Virus record (IMG/VR): IMGVR_UViG_3300009008_000003
Length of the DNA stretch: 64,000 nucleotides
Origin: a virus
Direction: 5' to 3' (one strand)
Below are positions 48,281 through 56,103 of the stretch, one piece after another (position 1 is the first letter of the stretch; each line of letters begins with the position of its first letter). Under the pieces are notes generated by a model that was not told where the DNA came from, ran no database searches, and saw only the letters and a list, made by a program, of their open reading frames with translations. Position numbers and translations under genes: made by a program.

Positions 48281-48319
48281 ATACTCCCGCCAGGGCTCGA
48301 ACCTGGAACCTACGGCTTC
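48281..48319 (-). tRNA. Orphan 3' half of a tRNA (3' exon of a group I intron)
   Basis: AA-GCCGU-AGGUU-CCAGG UUCGAGC CCUGG-CGGGAGU-A; no matching 5' half found in the window. Confidence 0.7.
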
Positions 48320-48408
48320 ACGTTTGTGTTGGTTTCCCAACTCCGTGGACTTTCTCTTTATCTTAGCGTTTGCCTTAGATAGTGGCTGTCAAGTCTCTGC
48401 ACCTTCTT
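48320..48408 (-). other. 3' catalytic half (P6'-P7-P3'-P8-P9) of a group I intron
   Basis: R element GGUGCAGAGACU, S element AGAGAAAGUCC, P8 hairpin, P9 GUUGG-GAAA-CCAAC, terminal G. Confidence 0.8.
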
Positions 48409-48480
48409 GACTCGAACCTCCAGAGCTTTTACACCGTAGTCTGGTTAGCAACCAGGTTCCTTACCATTAGGATAGCCCAC
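48409..48480 (-). pseudogene. 3'-truncated tRNA-Ser(GCU)
   Basis: GUGGGCU start, CUGG-UU GCU AA-CCAG, V-arm, T loop UUCGAGUC, then the 3' T stem and acceptor strand are missing. Confidence 0.75.
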
Positions 48481-48484
48481 AAAG

Positions 48485-48558
48485 TAGGAAGGATGAGAAT
48501 TGAACTCATTGTCTCAGCCTTATAAGGACCGTGCATTTACCGCTTGTGCTACCTTCCC
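48485..48558 (-). tRNA. tRNA-Ile(UAU)
   Basis: CGGUC-CU UAU AA-GGCUG; A73. Confidence 0.85.
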
Positions 48559-48562
48559 GTGT

Positions 48563-48760
48563 TTATCTATCGTCTTGACTTACGCCGTACCCATAAGGTC
48601 CAAAGTCCAAAGAAGACTTTTTTGCCGGCTTATACTCTGCAGTTTTTTCCTCAAAAAGATCGGTTATAGTCCTAACTATATCTCTGAAATCTTTATCGGA
48701 TATTTTCTTATTGTCCACATTTGCTTTTATAGTAAGCATGTGTATTTCTGCTGAATTCAT
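48563..48760 (-). CDS. Hypothetical protein
   Basis: Short ORF with an AGGA RBS. Confidence 0.4.
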   Translation of the reverse strand: MNSAEIHMLTIKANVDNKKISDKDFRDIVRTITDLFEEKTAEYKPAKKSSLDFGPYGYGVSQDDR

Positions 48761-48783
48761 TTTATTCCTTTTTGTTAAACGAA

Positions 48784-48857
48784 TGCGCCCAGGAGGAATC
48801 GAACCTCCGACCGACGGATTAAAAGTCCGCTACTCTACCTAGCTGAGTTATGGACGC
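48784..48857 (-). tRNA. tRNA-Lys(UUU)
   Basis: GCGGA-CU UUU AA-UCCGU. Confidence 0.92.
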
Positions 48858-48871
48858 TAATATGTTATTTT

Positions 48872-49153
48872 TTATTTATCTTCTAAAAATAACATAAATA
48901 GTAGTTTTAGTTCTCCTACCGTTTTCCAGGTTTTACCTTCCCCAAGTTGTACTCCATCAAAACTATCCTCCTCTGAGAATAAATAGTGACCATTTCCAAA
49001 ATCATACTCATAGTAATGGAGCTTCGGTTCGTTTTTTTCTCTTGGGATATCAACCCGTACAAACTCAAAATCAATAAATGTTTGTTCCGTTATAGGAGTT
49101 TCATCCATAAACGGCATTAGGTCTTCAATCGCTATTGTCTTTATCTTCGTCAT
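48872..49153 (-). CDS. Hypothetical protein
   Basis: Intact ORF. Confidence 0.45.
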   Translation of the reverse strand: MTKIKTIAIEDLMPFMDETPITEQTFIDFEFVRVDIPREKNEPKLHYYEYDFGNGHYLFSEEDSFDGVQLGEGKTWKTVGELKLLFMLFLEDK

Positions 49154-49397
49154 CGAACTTCTCCTTGTGTTTAGTAAGGTTAGATACTACTATTCCATCG
49201 TGTTCGAAGGTGTCTTCGCACACATCACTGAATTCAAATCTAAGCTCGTCACCTTCTTTCCACCCAAGTTTTTGTATTAACTCATCAGGTAATAACACAT
49301 AACCATCTAAAGTGATTGTGGTTTTATATATTTTATTACCTAACACATTCTCAACACCTTCAAGTGTCTCTTTCATTTCTTCTTTTACTCTACTCAT
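49125..49397 (-). CDS. AbrB/MazE/SpoVT-family DNA-binding protein
   Basis: ITLDGYVLLPDELIQKLGWKEGDELRF. Confidence 0.75.
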   Translation of the reverse strand: MSRVKEEMKETLEGVENVLGNKIYKTTITLDGYVLLPDELIQKLGWKEGDELRFEFSDVCEDTFEHDGIVVSNLTKHKEKFDDEDKDNSD

Positions 49398-49421
49398 TTT
49401 ATCTCCTTTTATTTAGAATAG

Positions 49422-49494
49422 TGGAGGATGAGGTAGTCGAAACCCCGTCTGCTGGGTGCAAGCCAACTATTTTGACCACTTAAATTAATCCCCC
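49422..49494 (-). tRNA. tRNA-Ala(UGC)
   Basis: G3:U70; GUUGG-CU UGC AC-CCAGC. Confidence 0.9.
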
Positions 49495-49598
49495 GTTGAT
49501 TCCTCTTTCTTTTTTAGACGGTATTTGTCTATGGCATGCTTTTTCCAGTTAAGATACATCTGCTAACAAAATAATCAACTGATTATTTACTCAATTTT

Positions 49599-49820
49599 TC
49601 AACCACCGGAAGTACATTCTTTAGGTGGTTTATCTTTATTTTTGTAGTCTGTTGCGTAGAAGCCAGAACCTTTAAGAATAGGGCTTCCACCAGCTTTCAT
49701 AATCCGTTCAGGCCTTCCAGCGTTACACTCTGGACATCTATCCGGAGGCGACATGTCCATTCCTTGGAATACATCGAATTTGTGTTCGCACTTACTACAT
49801 TTAAATGTATATGTTGGCAT
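49599..49820 (-). CDS. FmdB-family zinc-ribbon protein
   Basis: MPTY.F.C..C.H.F...CPEC......FKGSGFY.TDY pattern. Confidence 0.9.
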   Translation of the reverse strand: MPTYTFKCSKCEHKFDVFQGMDMSPPDRCPECNAGRPERIMKAGGSPILKGSGFYATDYKNKDKPPKECTSGG

Positions 49821-49851
49821 ATTACTCCTTATATATTATAAACTAATTAAG

Positions 49852-49964
49852 AGCCCGCAGCGAGACTCGAACTCGCAACCTAGGGAGTATACACCTCCGG
49901 CTGCGATGCATGGGTTGTGTACGTTAATAAGACTCCCCTGTTCTACCAATTGAACTATACGGGC
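49852..49964 (-). ncRNA. tRNA-shaped RNA with about 40 extra nt in the anticodon arm
   Basis: GCCCGUA/UGCGGGC, GUUC/GAAC D stem, canonical T arm, GGGGAGU/ACUCCCU extended by GUACAC/GUGUAU. Confidence 0.85.
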
Positions 49965-49969
49965 AAAAG

Positions 49970-50143
49970 GGCAAACGACGAGATTCGAACTCGCACTTTT
50001 TAAGCGGTCTGTTACCCGCAGGGACCCGCATATGGGACTTAAATTCCTTAACCGCTTTCCTTCAGCTAAGACTTGCCACCTATAAGCTTTCTGCGAACGC
50101 ATAGCTTATTCTATTCACTCTGCCAATTTAAGTTACGTTTGCC
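49970..50143 (-). ncRNA. tRNA-shaped RNA (His-like G-1:C73) with a large multi-hairpin central domain
   Basis: GGCAAACG/CGUUUGCC, ACUU/GAGU D stem, GCGAG-UUCGAAU-CUCGU; internal UAAGCU/AGCUUA and AAGCGGU/ACCGCUU helices. Confidence 0.8.
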
Positions 50144-50147
50144 ATAA

Positions 50148-50266
50148 AAGGGACAGAAGGACTCGAACCCACATTCTCCAGAAAGCGGTACTCATACTAT
50201 AGACGGGCCCGCCCATGGTCAGCAGAGTCCTACCCTCCGGTGTTTTACCAATTAAACTACATCCCT
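50148..50266 (-). ncRNA. tRNA-shaped RNA with about 46 extra nt in the anticodon arm
   Basis: AGGGAUG/UGUCCCU, GUUU/AAAC D stem, CCGGA/UCUGG stem enclosing 53 nt. Confidence 0.8.
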
Positions 50267-50295
50267 GCGAATTGTAGCACGCAGCTACAATTCAT

Positions 50296-50469
50296 CAACC
50301 AGTGTGCTTTTACGCCAAAGACGGTAGGAAGACGCTCCTTACCCGCGGACCTCACTACGTCTTTTTCCTAGGAGGCTGCTTTTAACATACCGCTACATCA
50401 CAGAGTTGCTATGCATATGTGTGTCGTCACTCTTTAAATGTGGCTGCTTCTAAGCCAACATCCTGGTTG
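50296..50469 (-). ncRNA. RNA resembling the 23S rRNA L11-binding domain (H43/H44) with a ~113-nt insertion
   Basis: CAACCAGGAUGUUGGCUUAGAAGCAGCCACAUUUAAAGAGUG...GCGUAAAAGCACACUGGUUG; the ends pair CAACCAG/CUGGUUG. Confidence 0.8.
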
Positions 50470-50471
50470 AT

Positions 50472-50843
50472 TTAATAATGACGTTTTCTGTGGCAGTTAG
50501 CACAAAGAAGAATACATTTATCTAATTCTTTTTTGATAGATTCTAGGCTTTTAGAAGTTTTACTTATAGTAAAATCCTTATCTCCTTTTATATGATGAAA
50601 ATCATATATTGCTTTATTTTTATCTCGGGTGCCGCAGTCTTGACATTTACCGCCAAGATATTCAACTGCCTGTGTTTTTATAAGTTTTCGTCTTTTGCTC
50701 CCATACTCTAAACGACATGTTTTACAATAAGAATCTAAATATTTCCATATTTGTCCATTTTTACCGCGTTGTTGTTGAGAATAGAAGGATGCACTGGGTT
50801 TTTTCTGCTTACATTTTTTGCAGGTTTTTTCTTTTTTAATCAT
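50472..50843 (-). CDS. HNH endonuclease
   Basis: CKKC, YCKTC, CQDCG, DFHHI, LLCANCHR. Confidence 0.85.
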   Translation of the reverse strand: MIKKEKTCKKCKQKKPSASFYSQQQRGKNGQIWKYLDSYCKTCRLEYGSKRRKLIKTQAVEYLGGKCQDCGTRDKNKAIYDFHHIKGDKDFTISKTSKSLESIKKELDKCILLCANCHRKRHY

Positions 50844-50848
50844 ACATT

Positions 50849-50877
50849 AATATAGCACATTAATGAGTGATTGTCAA
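50849..50877 (-). promoter_or_regulatory. sigma70 promoter; likely leaderless start at the HNH ATG
   Basis: TTGACA-17 nt-TATATT, with the -10 ending 6 nt before the ATG at 50843. Confidence 0.75.
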
Positions 50878-50885
50878 GCTTTGAA

Positions 50886-50962
50886 TCCGGCTGGAAGGAA
50901 TCGAACCTCCGAAATTTCCTGGTCCCAAACCAGGCGCCCTAACCTGACTAGGCTACAGCCGG
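50886..50962 (-). tRNA. tRNA-Pro(UGG)
   Basis: CCUGG-UU UGG GA-CCAGG; C1-G72, A73. Confidence 0.9.
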
Positions 50963-51000
50963 AAAATACCCCTAACCTAAACGGTTAAGACTATTTTTAC

Positions 51001-51390
51001 TTATTCCACAATTTTTGCTTTAAGCTCTTCATAGGTGAGATTATGATATGAACGCTGGTGTGTCACAGGATCGACCACGACGAATACTATTTTATTTATT
51101 TTACATATTTCTTTTTTAGTGGTCATGTTACGAACCATACATTCGATGGTAATCGAGCTATTACCCACCTCGACGAGATCACATCCAATTTCGATAAGAT
51201 CGCCCTTACTTGCGGGTGACACAAAGTCTACTTCAGATATGTACTTAGTGACAATAGAGTTAATGCCTGTTTTTGACATTACCCACACAGCCGCTTCCTC
51301 GTCAAGCCAGCTTAATAACCGACCGCCGAATAGTGTTTCGTGACTATTCAAGTCACCTGGCTTAATTAAATGCACCGAACGATATTCCAT
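51001..51390 (-). CDS. Acyl-CoA thioesterase (hotdog fold)
   Basis: PGDLN...LFGGRLLSWLDEEA, VT......F..P...GD. Confidence 0.9.
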   Translation of the reverse strand: MEYRSVHLIKPGDLNSHETLFGGRLLSWLDEEAAVWVMSKTGINSIVTKYISEVDFVSPASKGDLIEIGCDLVEVGNSSITIECMVRNMTTKKEICKINKIVFVVVDPVTHQRSYHNLTYEELKAKIVE

Positions 51391-52676
51391 TAATCCGTCC
51401 TTTCGCCTTCTTCGTGAACGCGTTTTAGTGTTGGGAATCTTAATGAGGGTTTACCTGTTTTCGCATCTTTACATTCTTCAAAATATTTAACCGTTATTTG
51501 TTTTCCAATAAGCTGCTCTGGGTGATAATAGTATTGTACACGTTGGTCATGAGACCAACCGGACCCTACCCCTACTTCGTTTTCTTTGTACATAATAATA
51601 GCCTTTGTCATACAAAGAATTTCTTCTTCGAGCCCAGATTGCTGGCTTATAATACGGAATGGCCCTGTTTCTACACTAACGACTTTAAATTCATCATCTT
51701 TAAATTTCTTTAGTTTAAGAAGTTCATCTGTTCTCTTACCTTTATAGGCAACATTTTTTCTGATCATGATGCCTTCCCAGCCAGACTCTTCGGCTTTATC
51801 CGTAAGCTCTTTAAGATGATTTTCATCTTTGATAAGCTCGTGATTAACTATTTTTATTTTTTTATTATTTAATACTTTTACCAACTTATCGTGCCGTTGA
51901 ACAAGAGTATCTGTAGATGCCGCGTTATCAAAATCCTCTGTACTTAACATATCGAATACCAGGAATTCTGGATTAGGGATAGTGTAATCTTTTTTACGAA
52001 CCAGTTTTACAATGGAAGAAAAATCTTCATCTCCATTTTCGTCAACCATGCAAAGTTCTCCATCTAAAACACAGTTTTTAAGCCCAAGCTCTTTTATCTC
52101 TTCAGCAAGTTTACCAAGAGTTGTAAAAGGTTTACCAGTACGAGAATAGAACAAAGTGTTTCCTCCAGCGTCTATTTTAGCTATACACCGTACTCCGTCC
52201 AGTTTGCGGGAAGCATACCACCCATTTTTGTAATCTACCTTTTTCTTATGTTCCTCATATACTTTAGCAAGAGTTACTTTAAACTCTTTAATAGTATTTG
52301 GCCATACCTGGTTAATTTGCTTAATACCTAATCTAACCTTTAGATTTTTATCTAATATCATGTGGACTATATCGCCATATCCGTTGCAGCTTGCACAATA
52401 ATCATTTATAGTGCGATGAGCTTCATGACCACTTAATCTGCCACTTGCTAAATCATCCAACATTGCTGTTAGACTAACATAGCTATTTTCTGGGGTGTCT
52501 TTTATGTTAAGCTTTAGCAAATTTGCTGAAGTTATACCAAACTGTTTGTCTGGATTATGCGCGTACTCAAAGTATGTTTTTGTATCTGGATACTTAGCTA
52601 ATATTTTCTTCTTTTCGGTCATCGAATTAGTTGTATTTAATTCATCTAGACATGTTTTTAATAATTTTAAACTCAT
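51390..52676 (-). CDS. lig: ATP-dependent DNA ligase
   Basis: SRKLDGVRC, SRTGK, LDGEL, FDML, WEGIMIR, LLKLK, VGSG, LRFPT. Confidence 0.92.
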   Translation of the reverse strand: MSLKLLKTCLDELNTTNSMTEKKKILAKYPDTKTYFEYAHNPDKQFGITSANLLKLNIKDTPENSYVSLTAMLDDLASGRLSGHEAHRTINDYCASCNGYGDIVHMILDKNLKVRLGIKQINQVWPNTIKEFKVTLAKVYEEHKKKVDYKNGWYASRKLDGVRCIAKIDAGGNTLFYSRTGKPFTTLGKLAEEIKELGLKNCVLDGELCMVDENGDEDFSSIVKLVRKKDYTIPNPEFLVFDMLSTEDFDNAASTDTLVQRHDKLVKVLNNKKIKIVNHELIKDENHLKELTDKAEESGWEGIMIRKNVAYKGKRTDELLKLKKFKDDEFKVVSVETGPFRIISQQSGLEEEILCMTKAIIMYKENEVGVGSGWSHDQRVQYYYHPEQLIGKQITVKYFEECKDAKTGKPSLRFPTLKRVHEEGERTD

Positions 52677-52682
52677 AGGTTC

Positions 52683-52886
52683 CTATATCATAAGGTTATT
52701 TTGTATCTTTGTTAATAATTGTAAGTATATGCAATCATTTTTATGTTTCACCTCGTCTGCATCAAATGCTGTTGCAAAACAATGCTTACAAAATTTTTCT
52801 GGTCTTCTATCATCATAGGTGATTGATACTTCCTCTATTAGTAAAAATCTTTCCATCTCTTCTAACAGCTCTCTTGATATTTGCAT
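52683..52886 (-). CDS. Small Cys-containing hypothetical protein
   Basis: FCKHC...H..DC. Confidence 0.45.
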   Translation of the reverse strand: MQISRELLEEMERFLLIEEVSITYDDRRPEKFCKHCFATAFDADEVKHKNDCIYLQLLTKIQNNLMI

Positions 52887-53558
52887 TTATACTCCTAACT
52901 TATTTATTTTTCTTGGGTCCCACTTGGTCATCCAGTGAACCCCATCTTCATTTATCTCTTTTACAAACTCTGGGCGAACTATTTTGCCCTTCATTTGTTT
53001 ACGATAGTTCTTGACAACTATCCCTTCGCGCTCGTGATCTGTGCTGTAAGCAGATGGCCCTTCTACCAGGTCTTCTATCTCGGTAATAGAATCAACATAG
53101 CCCTCATAAAGCAAAGGCACCAGTTTAATTCCCAGTTCAAAACAGATTAGTTGTTTATCGTCCCTGTTTACAAATTTGCCCTCTTGGAAAATATCTATAC
53201 AGATAAACCAGTCAGGAAGATTATCATAGTATATATGATGAGTAGCCCACATAAATTCGCCATAGATAATTGTATTCTTTGGCATGTAATACGTCAGGGC
53301 TCCCCACCGCTCATTAGCCCACGCTTTCAATCGACCAAATTGTGGATGTTCTCCCTCGTCTACAAGTGAGCCGCGTTTTTGTAAACGAAAACCGTCTTTG
53401 GTAGCGATAATGCCAACGTTAGCACCATCTATTTTTTCTTCTACCGTTAAGTAACCGTTAAGAAGTTGTTTAACTTCTTTCTTGCTTAGCTTTCTTTTAC
53501 CTGAAACATTGTATTTATTTGTAGGTATTCGAAAAGTTTTTTCGTATTTTCTAAACAT
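52887..53558 (-). CDS. RNA ligase-family nucleotidyltransferase (Rnl2-like)
   Basis: EEKIDGANVG, YGEF, F.CIDIF, REGIVVK, KGKIVRPEF. Confidence 0.85.
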   Translation of the reverse strand: MFRKYEKTFRIPTNKYNVSGKRKLSKKEVKQLLNGYLTVEEKIDGANVGIIATKDGFRLQKRGSLVDEGEHPQFGRLKAWANERWGALTYYMPKNTIIYGEFMWATHHIYYDNLPDWFICIDIFQEGKFVNRDDKQLICFELGIKLVPLLYEGYVDSITEIEDLVEGPSAYSTDHEREGIVVKNYRKQMKGKIVRPEFVKEINEDGVHWMTKWDPRKINKLGV

Positions 53559-53589
53559 GACATCTCCTTTAAACTAAAAAAATAAACAA

Positions 53590-53662
53590 CGCCATCCCTA
53601 GGAATTGAACCTAGAACCACCTGATTAACAGTCAGGCACTCTGCCAATTGAGTTAGAATGGC
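53590..53662 (-). tRNA. tRNA-Asn(GUU)
   Basis: CCUGA-CU GUU AA-UCAGG; G73. Confidence 0.92.
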
Positions 53663-53899
53663 CTATATGCTCCCTAACAGCGAGCATAGCAGTGTCGTGA
53701 GAGGCATTGCTACCTGTGTCTTTCGGGGTTTCTGGTTTGGAGCAAACTACTACAAACCCTTTTTCGTAATTTTTAAAATAAGGGCGGGGCACCTATCCTT
53801 GTGCCGCCGCCCAGAACATTTTTTATCTTTATTCAATTATGTAAATTGTACAGATTATAAGTCTGTTGCACTATGCGTGCTAAAGATGTAGTCTTCCAC

Positions 53900-54120
53900 T
53901 ATCGCTTTCCATGCCTATTCGTTTTAGTCTAATACTTCTGCTCTGCCACTGAGCTAATTCGCCATCAGTGGCACTATAGGTTTGCCATTGCTGCCCAGTT
54001 ATGAGCTGGGTGTACGCAGTTTAGGTTGCGCTATAATGCCTTTGGAGGCGAATATGGGGATCGAACCCATGCGCGAAGGGGTTTTACGAATATCATGTAC
54101 TCGCATGAAACAGTTTCATG
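53900..54120 (-). ncRNA. Circularly permuted tRNA-like RNA
   Basis: 3' half (T arm, AUUCGCC-U-CCA; 54043-54079) precedes the 5' half (GGCGAAU, GCUC/GAGC D stem; 53934-53963) across a 79-nt spacer; the flanks pair UAUUCG/CGAAUA. Confidence 0.75.
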
Positions 54121-54261
54121 ACCGTTAAACTATACGGCGAAACACTAATCATTAAGCTGACCCATACACTACCTTCTTTAACGTCCGGTCGTATGGTTGT
54201 GATTCTAAAGCTGAGGCTACCGTATATTAAGGCGATCGCTTTTATATTCTATATAATGCGA

Positions 54262-55005
54262 TCATCCTTTATTGATGAAATTGAAAATCTTGGAACCGAT
54301 TTTAACGTCTTGAGCGATGACTTGGTTGGCCTTTACTCGTGCTTTCTTGACGGCTCTGATAAGAGAGTCAATACGTCCTAGACGTTCAGATTTTTCTCCA
54401 GGAGTAAGTCTGGCAGAATTGTAAATCGTTTCGTAAGAACCGACTTGTTCTTCCTTTACAACAAGTTGTACCTGTGCAGGATGCTCCTTAGTTGCGGGAG
54501 CTAATTCAATCGGAACTTGTTTCTTAACTACACGAAAACGTACTTCAGGATCAGTTTTCATGAAGCCAGAACCGGCACCGGTGTCTTTTTTCCAGACTCG
54601 AGCGGGATCCAGTGTAGGAATCGCTTTGTACATGGCACGAATTTCCATGAGCTGGGTTTCCAGGGCCAGCAACGAGGTAGCAGAAAGCTCCACTTCATCG
54701 TTACCGATTTTGACAGCCGACTTAGCCGAGCCAGAACTATTAGTCATCTCTTTGGAAACGATAGCATCCACGCTTTTGGATACTTGCTTGGCTACAAAAG
54801 CGAGTTTATCGTCAACAGTTGTGACAATCGCTTTTTCGTCTTTGGGGATCTGTTCCCCGTCTTCATCCATAGGGCTATAAGTTTTCAGAACCCCGTCGAA
54901 ATGTTCGGAACGTTTGGTGAACGTTGTGATGCCCTCACCCAAAGCATTTGTTGCAGAAGATCTCAACGAACCTTCCACGGCTAGCAATTCATGTAATTTA
55001 CCCAC
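54262..55005 (-). CDS. Conserved phage hypothetical protein
   Basis: MGKLHELLAVE..., IPTLDP, RA.K.AR..AN; no function recognised. Confidence 0.7.
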   Translation of the reverse strand: MGKLHELLAVEGSLRSSATNALGEGITTFTKRSEHFDGVLKTYSPMDEDGEQIPKDEKAIVTTVDDKLAFVAKQVSKSVDAIVSKEMTNSSGSAKSAVKIGNDEVELSATSLLALETQLMEIRAMYKAIPTLDPARVWKKDTGAGSGFMKTDPEVRFRVVKKQVPIELAPATKEHPAQVQLVVKEEQVGSYETIYNSARLTPGEKSERLGRIDSLIRAVKKARVKANQVIAQDVKIGSKIFNFINKG

Positions 55006-55099
55006 GTAAATATACTCCTTCTTTGTTAAGACTTACACTGATTTGAGTTGTTATATATCAAAGACCTTGTTAATGTTACTCAATAAAACATTAATAAAA

Positions 55100-55174
55100 T
55101 AGCAGAGACGGGACTCGAACCCGTGACCTAGAGGTTATGAACCTCTCGAGCTAAACCAACTGCTCCACTCTGCA
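55100..55174 (-). tRNA. tRNA-Met(CAU), initiator-like
   Basis: 1:72 mismatch, GAGC/GCUC D stem, AGAGG-UU CAU AA-CCUCU. Confidence 0.85.
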
Positions 55175-55189
55175 TATGTAGTTTTACTT

Positions 55190-55455
55190 TAGCTATTTCT
55201 TGGGTCTTCGGGCATCCGTCCCACCGGTACACGAAGTGTCTGGTGCGGTCCGTGCCCGTTGAGGGCCCTGAATAGCTAGTGTGAGATTTCCCTGGCTTCC
55301 GTCCAGGCACGGAGGCTGCCCGCGTGCCGCTGCAGTTCCGCGGGGACATGCCGGCTCCGGGCGCGCGAGCTCACAATGCGAAGCATTGACTGCTTCGGCA
55401 GGACGCTACGTCCTACCCAACTAGAAACCCTTATTCAAGGCTCAACTTCTAGTCA
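55190..55455 (-). ncRNA. Unassigned GC-rich structured RNA candidate between tmRNA and tRNA-Met
   Basis: Conspicuously GC-rich; hairpins UAGGAC/GUCCUG, CGAAGCA/UGCUUCG, CCUGG/CCAGG, GGCAC/GUGCC, ACAC-UUCG-UGU. Confidence 0.55.
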
Positions 55456-55475
55456 GTAAAATAATCTAAAACTAG

Positions 55476-55842
55476 TGGAGACGGCGGGAATTGAACCCGC
55501 GTCCATCAAAACCTTTAACCAAAGTCATTCACAGCTTAGTTAGTTTTTTACACTTTATTTAAAGACGCTAGTAACGCTTCACTAAACAACGCTCATTATC
55601 GTCTACTCCGAGTTGGTCTCCTCGGTTGTCACAGAGTGGATTTAAATTTGTATCGCCATTAAATCCCTATGGCTAGTCAGTTATTTTTACGCCACTATCA
55701 GTACCAACTAACAGGTCTGTAGTAGCGGGTAGCCCTCAGGCTGCCAAAGCGTAAGATTTATCATTTAAATTTTGGTAAGCCTATGACTAGGCTTATGCTG
55801 CACTTCGATCTCAAATAACGACGTCGAAACCAATTCGTCCCC
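55476..55842 (-). ncRNA. ssrA: tmRNA
   Basis: 5' GGGGACGAAUUGGUUUCGACG; 3' GCGGGUUCAAUUCCCGC-CGUCUCC-A with G3:U70; tag ...NDKSYALAA* at 55736-55768. Confidence 0.95.
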
Positions 55843-55847
55843 ATAAA

Positions 55848-55936
55848 TTGCGCTGGATGGACTCGAACCACCATTTGCGGGCTCTTAGTAAGCTGGCCAG
55901 CTTTGTCCCGTGCGTTACCAACTTCGCCACAGCGCA
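55848..55936 (-). ncRNA. tRNA-shaped RNA with a hairpin inserted in the anticodon loop
   Basis: UGCGCUG/CAGCGCA, GCG/CGC D stem, CGGG/CCCG enclosing AAGCUG-GC-CAGCUU. Confidence 0.75.
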
Positions 55937-56103
55937 AAAATTGCTCAGCTATATGAGCGCTTGGCATAATGCCTTCCATTCCTATGTATTCCTTAAATAA
56001 AGGCGCCCATAGACGATACCTGTACACATTCAGGTCGGAATGTTACGCATGAATTTCGCCGCCCATAATGACGGGTACTTTTCAGAGGCGTCCGGATTAT
56101 CAA

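Noticed and set aside
43611-50266. Reading the tRNA inserts as archaeal BHB or group I introns
   Set aside because: No bulge-helix-bulge geometry at the 37/38 position and no P7 R/S motifs; the inserts are too short for group I
50296-50469. A genuine rRNA gene or host contamination
   Set aside because: Only about 60 nt match 23S, they are interrupted by an insert and are flanked by phage HNH and tRNA-like genes
53900-54120. Permuted element as a two-piece tmRNA
   Set aside because: It has a paired D stem, lacks the G3:U70 alanine determinant and shows no tag ORF; a normal tmRNA is already present
43664-56027. ORFs 43664..43855, 49836..50102, 55128..55349 and 55761..56027
   Set aside because: They overlap tRNA, tmRNA or structured RNA genes and translate to implausible sequences
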